The notes under the pieces: generated by a model
Told to the model about the DNA's origin: nothing
Databases searched by the model: none
Seen by the model: only the letters and a program-made list of their open reading frames with translations
Assembly: GCF_001949145.1 (NCBI RefSeq)
Contig: NW_019091362.1
Span: 2,053,838-2,117,837 of the forward strand
Direction: 5' to 3'
DNA: 64,000 nt
Source of the DNA: Acanthaster planci
Lineage: Eukaryota
Shown here: piece after piece, positions 28,001 through 40,800 of the stretch
Numbering within the stretch: the first letter of the stretch is position 1
Layout: the number at the start of each line of letters is the position of its first letter
Translations under genes and position numbers: made by a program

Positions 28001-28895
28001 AAGGATTCTTTGCCTGTACGTTGATGGTTTTCTCGAATATGTAAGACCTGCAGTGCGTAGCACTCCTCGGTTATCTTCTTAAGCATGCGGTATAACTGTT
28101 CACAACCTTTAATTGGTATTTAATCGGTTGAAAATAATGTGAACAAAGATAGCACTGTGACACTAACCTCCCTGCTAGTCGGTCATTCGTTGCTTTTCGG
28201 CATGGGCATTCGAAATATACATGCGTTACCTTGCGGTAATCAGTCATTTCATTTGACACATCTGAAAGTGTAGAGAGACATTCGAGTCCTTCATTGCATT
28301 TAATTCAGCTTATATTTTCCCAGGCCAATGCATATTAAGTTATTCGCAGTATTTTTGACCAGTTAAGAAACAGTTTAAAAGGGTCTTGTATGTGTTTGGA
28401 ATCATTTAGTATCGAGCAGTGAACTCAGTATGCCGTTTATTTAAAGTTGGTATTTTTTTGTGTTTGCATTGCATAAACCTGTCATGTTCGTTAATACATG
28501 TATCTATGTTTATACAAGGATGAACTGTTAAACGCTTCAATCTATTTTTTAAAATGTACCATTACGGGAGCAGGCGAGAAGACTGCTTTAAATACGCATG
28601 GTAGGAAAACAAAGTTGTTGCTAGGTGGTGTTAAATGGAAACTGGTCTGAGAGAAAAATGCTTCAACTGTAGGATTAGGATTGCTCTGAAATTTAGTGAA
28701 GTGTTCTCTCTGTTGCTTCCTATCAAAGGCAAATTACATATTTCTATCTGTGATATGTTGTACGGTTACTCGATTCTAATGTGTAATTGAATATTGTGAA
28801 TCCCAATTGCGCAAGTATAAACTGTTTTAAACAAGTATTGTACATAGATGTTTTTATTTTTAGCGTAATTAAAACTTCCATATCTTACTGTGCAA
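25018..28895 (+). other. Probable long BMPER 3' UTR
   Basis: AT/T-rich sequence after the stop. ATTAAA at 28868-28873 is preceded by TGTACATA and T-rich tracts and followed by a GT-rich segment near 28905-28922. The end position is inferred. Confidence 0.5.
25895..26000 (+). repeat. Degenerate (GTT/GTC)n low-complexity tract in the probable 3' UTR
   Basis: Runs of gttgttgtc-type triplets. Confidence 0.75.
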
Positions 28896-30086
28896 GACTA
28901 TAATTGTCGGTGTTGTGGTGTCAGAAGACTTGGTTTTCGCAAAGTCACTCTATAAATGTTGTTTGCTGATCATCTAGGCCTATAAATTTCTGTACTGGAG
29001 ATCATGTGGATTATTTTGAGGAATGGAATTTTATATGCTACCCTATCAAAAAAGGAAATCCAAACTGAAAACTAGAAAAAAAGTTTTTCCATCTATTTTG
29101 TTCAAGTTCTTGCTTCCAGGCCATATTGACTTAGAAAGCCAACCACACACTTCGGGTTTTAGGGAAGGGGATGAGTGGGTGTATTTTTTTGACATGTTCT
29201 GTTGTGGAGGGAGGGAAATTGTCATTACGTTGAACTTCAAACGTTAAGGCTGACCAAAAAATCAGATTTCTGTCATCCCTATAAATTATGCATGAGTGTA
29301 TCAACAGTTGACGATCTATGTGGATTTATGGCTATCGCTGCCTCCGTTTTGGTTTTGTTTACTTTTGTACCAATTGTAGCCTGGTGATCCCAACCTCTCG
29401 CACACACACGAGTACAGCAGTAGTCATGTGACTGGGGACGCAGATTTTTGGGTTCCTTCTAAAAATTGAAAAACCAGCTTAATACCGCAATAAATCGCCC
29501 TGATCCCGATAATCTTTAGCCCCCCCCCCGCCCCTCACCACCCCTGACCCTTCAACTGTCATTCACGATCGCTGGTTCAATGATCAAACCACCGTGAAGA
29601 AACAAGTCCCAACTCTTCGAGTTTGCGCCGGCCACTTTTTTTAGGACAAGAGTGTTTTGTTTTAATACATGCGGGGCGAAGAATTGAAACGAGTGGGCCA
29701 GTGCGGCGGAAGCTGCGCAGATCAATACATCGATTCATGCATCCTCGCAACCCAAATATTTCCATGAGCCTTTTTTTCCCCTTACCCAAGCCAGTATTTA
29801 ACACGCATATGATAACCTAAGTGCGGGGCATCCATCAACCCCAGAGGAACCTGTCACGCGCGTTTCTCATCTCAAAGTCAGTGACAGGTGAAGAATTTGG
29901 GCGGTGGAAAATGCTTAGCCTAATTAAGCGGGCGGGAGGCGTTGTCTTGTTTGCTTTGACAGCGAAAAGACGGCAAACTCAATGCGCCCAGCGCTAATCA
30001 CAGTTTGATGAATGAGATGGCCTGTTGCATGGGAGCTACAGACGCAGCGGTCCTCCAGGATCAAGACTAAACACGACAAGTTTTTT

Positions 30087-30118
30087 TTCTTCTGCTTCTT
30101 CTTCTTCTTCTTCTTCTT
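30087..30118 (+). repeat. (TTC)n microsatellite
   Basis: About 10 units with one interruption. Confidence 0.9.
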
Positions 30119-33100
30119 TACGAATGTTTGTACACGTCTGCATGGTACTTCCCTCGTCATGTCGCAAAGAACCGTACCAAATTTCCCTACATTATGATGG
30201 TCTTTACTGCAATGGTGATTCCCTCAGCAATAAAGGTAAATATCAACAGCTATTCTCCAAAAGAATGTCTTTTTTTCATCTCACTTCATAATTATTATTC
30301 CACGGGTGTCAATTTGGGCTCTTTGTTTCTCTTAGTCTGACCAAAAAGGTTTACTCACCAAATAAACCCAACCCCGGAAAGATTCATATTTCAAGCGAGC
30401 GAATTTGACGTCGAAAACATTTTCAGGGAATTCGCAAGATCTGACATTCGTTCAGCTTCAGCGAATCCGCAGCACGAAATATGTGATCTTATGTCATGAT
30501 TCACGATTTGCACTCGTGTTCATTTTGGCGCTAATTACGGACTGCTCGTTTTTCTGTTGGATGATTTTACCGGAACGCGTCGCTACAATATGCCACTCGT
30601 CTACGCGCTACATTAAAACAGGAAGTGCTGTGGCCACGTTTTGACCACCTGTCGCACTTAAAACAGGCAGGTAGGCCTACTCTGGGTCTGTCGACTCAAT
30701 CTTATTAAGGAGACTTCCAGATTCGATTGTTTAGTGTTCTTTACCGATGAGGTGATGAAATCTGCCGGGATGCAATGAAATTGGATTTTTTTTTTCAATC
30801 TCTACATATGCTTATGCATAAGTATATCAGCATTTAAAATTATCAAGTGATTTACCAATAGAATAAATGCTTATAATCAAACCGGAGGAATGCATACAAG
30901 TTTACAAACGTGTAAAAGACGCCATTAAAGGTCCGTAAAATCGAATGTCGTCCTAAGGAGTCCCACAGGGATACATAAAGGAAGCCGTTCATGTCGATAA
31001 CTTTTCAGAATTTCCAGAATGTGTATATTTTCAAGGCATACCATAGACATAAGGCTTTCCTTTTGTCTCGTCCATGATTCTTTTCGGAGGTATGCCTTTG
31101 AAAGGGCAAGCCCGCTATAACCAGGTTTTCCCGCCATTCGAGATGTATTTAATTTGTTTAGAGCGTTTACACGATCCAATGAAGCGCACCAAGACTAGTG
31201 AACAGCAATATAATAACGACATATCAATCAAGTGCCCCAGGGTGACGGGGCAAGGGAGTGAAATTTCAGCGGAGATATTTCAGGTTTCCGTGAATTTGCT
31301 GTTCCCGTCTGTGACTCTGCCGTCGGTGCTAGGAGGAGTAATAATAGTACCTTTCCCGTCCAAAAAAAGCGTTTTCTCACCTTATTTTACAGTGAGCCAG
31401 ATTCAACAGATATATTATACATTTTTGGTAGGTTTGTGATATTCTTCAGGAAAATATTTTACTAACACTTTGACAGCAAAGTGCCCTCTGTATATTGAAA
31501 TAATCTCGCTTTTAGGAAAGAACATTTTAATCAACTGATATATTTTGAGCATTTGATTGATCTACTAAAAATTTTAAGTTGTTTTATCCCATGCGCATCT
31601 GGATATATTTTTATCAAAATGAGATTTTCCTTTCAGTACTAAGTACGAAATACCCACTGAATGAAAAGGCATACTGATTGAAATTTCCGCATTGTTCGTA
31701 AACTGACCAAAACGCTGCAGTGTAATTGGAACACCTACTGTAGTGTAAGCCGCTGCATTGTTAGATGCGTGTTGATGAAAAAATGCATTTTATTTACCAA
31801 CATGCGCTTTTAAATGACCTAAAGTATACAGATGTTGTCAAGTATGATTTTCTGGTAAAATTAAGATAATCCTGGTTTTTATTGTATTTAGTTTAATTTT
31901 TGCCCTTGAAACCATGCGCCGAACACAAACGTTTTTGTTGACCAACAGTGACATCTAAAAATACTAATCTAACGGCCTGAAAAGTCTGAGAATGTTTTCA
32001 TATTATTAAGTAGGTCATCGTCGATGATTAGTCATTAATCTAATAAAGGTCATTATAAATTTAAAATTGCTTGTTTTAAATTATTATAGACACAGTGATT
32101 AAGGAATGCGCCCAGTGAGTGAGATCATTAATTCAGGTGATAAGAGGCTTCCAAGTAGCATGAATAGATTAGTTATATTGTTTCTTCTGTTCTTCCTAGA
32201 CGTTAGGGAGGCAAGTGATGTATTGATGGAGGAAGAAGAGGAGACAGAGCCCCTGGGTACGGAATGAGGCAAGCTTGCATTCGACCTGGTTTTTATGGCA
32301 AAGATTCGATGGAATCGCAGAGTCTCGGGGACAAAAGAGAAGAACTATGCCCAAGGACAAAAATTAGTCAACTTCATTACCAATAGTCAAGAGGTAACAC
32401 CGATGAGTTGTTTTTGTAATGAGAAGGGAAAAAAAAGATCTTGCATGAAATCACGTTGGTGTGGTGAAGCGTGCGTTGTTGCTGGTAGCAAGTTTCCGCG
32501 GCTGTGCCATCGACCTCTGTAGCAAGAAGAACAAGAACATGATGGTCCTTTGTTGTGTAAAGTAGGGTTTAAGCAGTGGTGTGATTTCTTTCACTCGAAT
32601 AATGGACTGATTAAAATGGCCTTCATTTCAATGTCTTTTTTCATTCATATCAGGTCATAGGCGAAAGATAGGTAGAGAAGTAAACCAGTGTTTAACTAAG
32701 AAGAATCATCTCTCACCACAAGATGATAATTTGCTTCCAATTAAGCTTCAAATTTATTACACCCTGGGCCCCCTAGCTCAGAATTTTGAATCACTTTCCC
32801 ACAATTGTTCTTTTACAATGTCAGGTTGGAAACCTCTGAACATGAAGTTTATTACATACTTAGGAGTCATGCATGTGACCTGTTTCAAACCACGAGGGCT
32901 ATTTTGTCATCTGTTAACTCTATTAAACACAGAAATAAATAAAAAATAGGATATTGAAAAAATTACGGGGATAGGGAACATGTCCCCTACGCCTGGGATC
33001 AACCCCTACGGAAGGGAATCCACTCTGCCCGTACATTCAGTAGCTCTATAGTATTTAGCGAAGTCAGGGCAGATTTTCGGGGGAATGTGGGCCCAACGAT

Positions 33101-36100
33101 GGCCCATGATGCCTCTGAGATTATGTCAAAGATGTCTCTCCTGTCACTGTTTCGTCAGGTTCGGGAGCTGCATGTGGCGTGCTCATTACGAGTAACCGGC
33201 CACAGAACTTCCATTGAGGCCATGAGAGCCGGCAAAAAAGCTGCAGAAGAGCTTCCCCTTTTTCAAGATTTCCCGGATTCCCTGCATTTCTTTCCTAACA
33301 CGAATCGACAGTTAACGCTGCTTCGTAGGTTGATACAGGTTTGCTTTGCATTGTGTCATCCGAATGCAGTTGTCCTCAGACACTGAAGAACCAGACTCAC
33401 ACCAAGCATCTTTATTATAGGAACCTGACTTAGTAAAGCCTTGAATACAGACAGAATCGAACACTAGCGAGATATTAAGAAGTCATTGGGTAAGCTTTTC
33501 GTTTATTAATAATTAATTGGTTCCGTTAATTTGCACCCAGCTTTTATATGCATTTTCCCAGATTACTACAGGCAGGCTGCAAATTCGGAGCTTGACTTTC
33601 TCAAATTCTGTATCTTTTATATGGTCAAGTTGTGCTGTAACGGTGCTGTGGTGGAATTCCTTCCCAGTACCGTTTTATTTGCGAAATAGTGCACGAATTT
33701 GTTGTAAACAACGCCAGTAAACATGGACAGCAGAGACTCAATTCCTCGATTTGTTCGTTTATCAAAAGTATAAAATGAGGCCCTTACCCAACAAACTAGA
33801 TTCTGAGCATACGTATTCTGTACAGAATACATAGCAAAGATCTCAAAGTTCCTGAGGACGCATGGCGTCAACACAAAATTATCTTCTCACTTTGTCATTA
33901 ATGTCTCAACTCGCTTTAGGATATCTTCCAAAGCCATGGTCGGCAATATTAGCAGCGGTACTTTTTTCTCGAGTAAAGTTATTGGTCATAATTCCAGTGG
34001 TTTCTTTTTTCAGTTTTAAGGTGACTTGCCCCTAGGTGTCAATCGAGCAAGACATGGAAAGAACAACCAAATTGAAAGTTTACCATCCTCCGGTCTAACA
34101 TGGACTCGCTTCCCGAAATGTTGTTGTGTGGAAGTGCTGGACGCAAGACTCCCTTGCAACGAAAATATCCCTCCCCGGCCGGCTCTAGAGAAAGCGATAA
34201 GAAGTACGATGGCTAGTATGAGAGTCAATATTCACGCCTTTCTTCGCGTTTTAGTTCTGACAGGTTCATTGGCTTTTTCTCTCCCCCGTCGCGGGAAGTC
34301 TGTGCAGTTGACAGAGGGGCCAATAACGAAATGAACAGTCGCAATATATTGGGAGGTCCGTCGGCTGCATGGGCTCTAACCGCTGGTTATTTATTTTGCT
34401 CGAACGAACAGCCACTGATTGTTTCTGCTGGTAGAGACGCGTTATTGGTTATTTCGCCATTTTTTTCCTCACTTAGTCCCTTGTCATACCTCCCTGAACA
34501 TTCTAATTGCCACCTTTCACTGGACTGTTTATTTTAAGTGAGTTAAATATGCACCGCTGATTGTCTGAAATGTTTATTTTCTCGCTGGAACATGTTCGTG
34601 TCCGTGGAAAAAATGATTTTTCACCTTGCAATTTCTTTTAAATTTTTACAACTTGATACGCAACATACATTTTATTGTTTTAATTCAATCTTTTTTGACA
34701 GTCTGAAGTTTAAATTTCTCTTCGTACACTAAATCCTTTCAAGTTTATAGGTACAACAGTTCGCTTTTTTGGTCATCATTTTCAGGACAGTGTTATTCAA
34801 TCTAACGTTATTATACTGATCCATAGGAGCATATGTCTTCAGTTTTAACAATATTCAAGGAGCTTTAACGGGCGTGAAGTGTGAAGCGTACGTACACTGA
34901 AGTGTGGAGTATACATCACGTATCATTCGTTTCGGAAGAAAAAGCAAATCAAGAAACATCTTATATTAATGTGTTCCTTCACTTTCTCGTCTGCTCTCCT
35001 GTCTTTGTTGCTGCGTCTCCCTATGTGCTATGCCCTTGAGAGTCTGATCCAATATAGGGAGATGATTCCGCGTCTATGTCAACGAAGGAAAAGTGCAAGA
35101 GCAGAGAGGGCCGAATATGATACAGTCGATAGTTTGCGAACAACCAAACAAGGATTGAGAACAAGCAAACAGGTGGACAAAGCGTCCACGCAGGGCGGGT
35201 AAAGAGAGAGGAAAGGCTAACAAACATGACCACTGTTTGAGCAGGGAGGAAAAATGACAGAGTGGAAGCCACTCCCATCGCCCACATCTTTCCTTCTCCA
35301 TTTCATCCAGTATGGATCTCAAACACACATACATACATACCTACTTACCTCGGCTGCATTCCACCTCTGTGTACTGTACTAGCATCATTTACATGTATAC
35401 ATCCCCTAGTCTCGTCAAAAAGCGCGGTAATGCAGCGCAGGTCAAATTTGGCCGACCTCTATACCCCTCTTTCCAGTCTAACTTTGTTAGGAGTTGAAAC
35501 GTGACCGGGCAATGTCGGGTAAATCAACACCAGTAACAACCCGAGATAAATACATATATTTTTTTTCTATTCGTTTTTCCTCCCTTGAAGATGGTGTGCT
35601 TAACTTTTGCCGATGCTTATTTGCGATCGTGCCGTTGCTGTACGCCATTCAAGAACGTTCCCTTTTTATATGGCATCATTCCATGTGTGTCACGTTCAAT
35701 ATATTTCTTACCAAAAAATGATTACTCCATTGTAGGTCCAAAATTTTTGTGTTCAAATGTTTATCGTCTTATCTTCTATTTTTGTGTTCCGCATGCTACA
35801 CATCTAGGCCTACATAAAAAGAAATAGCTTTGACATGTCTTCTGCTCTCCCCAAAAAATCAACAGAACAATTTATCAATGTTAGATCTGAGACTAAAAAT
35901 GCAAATAAATTAGGACGATACTAGAAATCAGCAAGATGGATGTCGATGGCAAAGTCCTGCAGCGTTTCAGCCATCGAGACTCGCACGGCATCATTGCCGG
36001 CCATTCAAGTGGCCCACCAGTGGCCGAGGCCTTCTGAAGACGCTCACTCGGGTGGTTGTCAATTCTCAGCCGGTAGATTTAATCCAATAAGACCGGGGCA

Positions 36101-37612
36101 GATGGCGGTATCAAATTCTTGACAAGAAGTCGAAGCTTGGGCGGCCCCGCGCCTTGTTGCCACCGCTCGCCTCGACTATCTATCATCACCTCCGTGAAGC
36201 GTTATTTCGAGAGGGGCAAAGTCTCCAGCTAAGGGAAACAATATGCACCGTAACATTCCAAGTTACCTGGGAAGCCTTGAACGAAACGTCAAGTTAAAAC
36301 CAAACGACACAGGAGTAATGAAAATTAATCAAAACGGATTGAGCCATTTCGTCAAACAATTTCATTAGAACTAGAGAAAGAAATTGCTTTCTGTGGACTA
36401 TTAATTTTGTTACTTCAAAATCCTACAGGCTGGTGACACTGGCAGTTTATCTAACTAAATGTTAGCTAGCGATTGGAAAAACGTCAATGGGCAGGTTCCA
36501 TAGTGATTAAAGACAAAGGCTCTGTGGTTTCTTTTTTTCTTTTTTCGGAAACATGATATTTGAACCAACGAACATTAGTGAGCCTGATTTGATTTTACTA
36601 TTTTTGTGTCGAAGGTAAGCTAGATATTGAAGCACTAGGACCACGCCGGATTCAACAGAATGCAGGCAAGGATTTGAGGTTACAAACGCGCCACGAATGG
36701 GGGTGATCACAATGTTGCCAATGTCACATCAAGAGCAATTGCGTTGAATCTTCAAACACTGCCAAACGTCACGTTCCGTCAATCTCGTAAGCAGATGTGA
36801 CGTCCTCGGGCCGCTTTAGGGTCTCGGGAATCAGACAATTTCTGCCTAACTTCTGGCCGCGTCCCGTCGAGGATGATCCCCACGGGTATAGGAGAGATCT
36901 CGCACCATCTGTGTTATCCACAAGTTGCATCAAAACAAGTCGAGTGCAGCGTCATTCTATCACAGTCTGTTTCCTGTTTGTGGGCATTTTTAAAGTAGTT
37001 GTTGCCCGATGTGGCGTCGACTTGATATTTCGTTGTCATGCTAATTCGCTTTCCTATATCTTGGCTCGTCATTATAAAGTCATTAGGTTGGAATATGTTG
37101 ATAAGAAAAATTTCAAGGAAACGTACCCAAATCATGTGTTAATAATTCAGATATCGACAACACATAGCGGTGGACATGACAGCAAGTCGGTTTTTGCACT
37201 TCCATGTTAAGTCTACTGTCACAAATCAAGTTACGTTCTATTTCTTCACTTGTAATATGCAAGGCATCAGCTTATGAAGTACGAGATTTGGACCCTGGCA
37301 GACATGGCAGCATGTCATTTTTTGTAAGTCAAAGTCACAAGAAGAGTGAATTGAGTCCAACTCAAGTCCAATTATCACGAAGTCAGCAACTCTGCACAAA
37401 AAGTACCGCTGAAGTGCTCAAATTCAGTTCAGTAAATTTGCACACAAAGATTATCCTTAGAATAACAGCTAACAGGGATTTCCCTTACAACCTTGTTTTC
37501 TAGGATGTTCCTATCATAAAAAGAAGAAGAAAACACGTTTTGCCTAAAACTTCAGAATCTTTCAATTTTTTATTTTTCCCCTGCAATAGTTTCGCCAAAA
37601 GCACAAAATTAA

Positions 37613-37885
37613 AGGTGGTGAACACCTTAGGTAACGTCCCGAAAATCGGACTACCGTATAATCCCTGGTTACTACGAACGCCCTATACTTCATAGATTTT
37701 ACGGAAGATAAATCACAAGATCTTCGATTTAAACGTTGAAAGTGCCGCGCTGTGTTTCTCGATTTTTTACAAAGTAGCTGACTCAACATGAAAAGTCAGT
37801 GAAATGTAAGTTGCAGTGAATATTACACACCGTAATCAGCCAATCTTGTAACATTACGACCAAAAGAACAATGGTGTACACACAT
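37613..37885. mobile_element. 273-bp TTAA-flanked MITE (AGG terminus; Kolobok/T2-like or piggyBac-type target site)
   Basis: TTAA at 37609-37612 and 37886-37889. Termini aggtggtgaacacc and ggtgtacacacat are imperfect inverted repeats. A second copy of the body lies at 16245-16460. Confidence 0.7.
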
Positions 37886-40800
37886 TTAAGTGTGATCTCA
37901 CTCAAGAAAGTATCGATTTGCGGGAGCACTGTTTATCAGATATTGCTGGTAAAAACCATCGATGGCCGGTAATTATATCTGCGTTTACAGGCTAAGCTGG
38001 TTGTTACAGGGACAGGTTGTTGACTCGCTCATTTCTTGCAAGCAAAGCGACCGAGGAAATTCTGAGCATGATCACCATTTGTTCCTGACATGATAATGTC
38101 TCTATTGCAGCTAGGCCTAAAGCAGGGCTTCCATGAGAGTCCTTCCTAATAAACAGTTATCGTGTGCCCGAATTGCTACACGCATGCCTTGGGCTTTTTC
38201 AGATCACCAAAACAAATTTTTTGATTGTTCATTTATGTTTATTTCACTTTAACATTTACTTGCACCCGATCCGACTACCAACCGCTGCTTATAAGTGAGG
38301 CCTGTTCAGCAAAATAGCCATGCAATAACTGTGATGCTAATATATTATCGTATGATGCAATACAGTAGGCAAACTTATAATTGAGGCTGGTCAGCGTTAC
38401 GAAAGTTTGCATGCAGAAGGCTTACACGTTTTCTTTCCTCAAGTGTATTTCGATTATCCGTCCGTTTCATTAGATGGACCCTCTTAACCATCATACAAAA
38501 GACGTGGACTGTTACAATTATATTCATAATATGAAAACCTGGACGAGAAGTTGTATCTTTCAACTTGATATACCTAAGAATTATCGGCCAAGTATATCTC
38601 ACTGTACCCAACCCTGTGAAATGAGACTTTCAGTGCATTCAGTGCATTTACTCGTTTTCAGATGCAAAAGACAGAATATTTCAAACTTTTCAGTTTGCTT
38701 TTCGAGGCATTTTGTGATCGAGATGTTGACAGTTCGCACTGAGTTTTCCAGAACGTAGTTCAAGCCAATATCTTAAAAGGAAATCTGGCAACAAATAGCC
38801 CATTGTTATTAGTTTGGATTACATTTTAATCATCCAAAATGTGCAACCAAATGTGCACTCATCAAAGCATGCTAAGGAAATATTCAAGATGGCTGATTGC
38901 AAGGTATGATCCGTCCTACATTTGCTGTTACAAATGTAAAATGAGAGAAAAGGTTAGAATAGAGTTGCGAGGATTACAGTTCTCAGTCTCCTCCCTGGCG
39001 AAAAAAAAATCGATCTTGGCGATGTTCCCACTGTTTGGTTTGGTTTATGCGATGCGAACATACGATGTGAAAGATGAGAGCAACTTTCCTCACTAGAGAA
39101 AAATTTTCATTTGGGTGTTAGAAGTTCCAACTTATCGATGAATGATTTTAATCTATTCCCATGTGATTTGCTAAAAAGGTGGCTTCCCGTTGAGCATATC
39201 ATTATGTTACAACTTGATGAGAGGCACAGATAATACAACCATATGGGTAAACCAAAAATACATCAAAGCTATCCGTGGCCCTAAGCGGTAAATTGAGGAG
39301 TTTCTGGCCCACCCAAGGGTGTACATTTATTCAGAGTCGCACCTTTCTTGAGTGACACGGATGAGGAGATTCTACAATCTCCGTCCCAGGCAAGGTAACA
39401 GGATATTCAATGCTTTCTTAAGCCGGTAAATGAATGGCCAAGAAAAACAGACGGGAGGATGGCAGAACAATAAGACTGCTCGGGGGTAAACTTGATAGAA
39501 TGCCCGGGACGAAGGGGGGGTCGACAAAGGAGATCTGGGGCGCTAGGCTGGGTGAAAGGGAAACTCCAATATAATCCCGCGGAGAAACAGACAGTTGGCA
39601 CTTTTTCTCTTGTCCGCAGTCGCGCGGGGTTTTGTATTTCGGACCAATATTTGAAGGAAACACTATACATATACTTGCTATCTTCGCCAAAGGCTTCGGT
39701 GTTGCGGGTGGCAATGTTCTCGGATGTTTCCCACTTCAGGAGTTCAACTTGTCGCGATTATCCCCTTTCTGACACTTTCGGAAATTGTTCAGTGTCATTT
39801 TGAAAAGTTCGATTTTATCATATTTGTCACTGTACAACAGACTTCGGTGTGCTTAACCATCTTGTATCGTCGTCTTTCTTTTGTTTGTCAATCAAGACGA
39901 ATTACATCTGCGTGAGTGATGCATCTTTACAATTGTCTCATTAGGCCCCGTCGCGACTCGTCTGCCAAGTCGCCTATAGATCCCCGCGCTAACTAGCTGT
40001 GGGACGTCCTTGCGCTCAGAGTACACGTTGGTTTAATCATTCCTCTAAATGGAATCATTGGCATTCATGTAGAGTTAGACCTGCATTACTCCAAATGCTC
40101 CAGCATGACTTCTAATTCCTTTTTGCCTTAGCAATTCGGCGTTTAGTGTCTCCTCGTCCGGTTCACTGTGGGCCAGACAGATGGACGTCTTGGTTTGGAG
40201 GGCATGTCGTAGGTTACACGAGAGCGACTACGGGTCTCCGACCGGATGCCCCAGTTTTTTTCCCTCTTCGGGGATGGTCTTAATTGGCGTTGTATCCATC
40301 AGTGTCGGTTGGCCACGTCCAGACAACAGCTATAAAAGTGCTGTGGGGAATGGGTAATGCTAGCATTTCATGCATTTTATCAGGCAAAGCGGGGGAAATT
40401 TCCCACGGCTGTCGTTTTTATCAGCAGAAACAAGGCTTGCGCTAAACATGTTGCGGAATAGAGGCTGCTTTTGTTACTTGGGAAACTGATTTAAAAATTT
40501 CGAATTTATACTGAATGCCAATTCGTTGACTAAATAAGTGAGTCGTGAATCCTTTAGTTTTTAGTTAGCAGAATAAAACAAGCCACTTTTTACCTTATTG
40601 ATTGCACTATTCGCCGAAGGTTCTTCCGAGAATTTATATTGCAAATTATGATTGGTCAGTTATAAGCTTTAAAACTGTTCAATTAGAAAGTGATCATACA
40701 ATTCCAGCCACTGAATATGGCTCAAGAATTGTGGGTTTTTTCCGAAACGATAACTTTCAGTAATGAATAGGACTCTGAGCAAAATCCAAATAAAACATCG

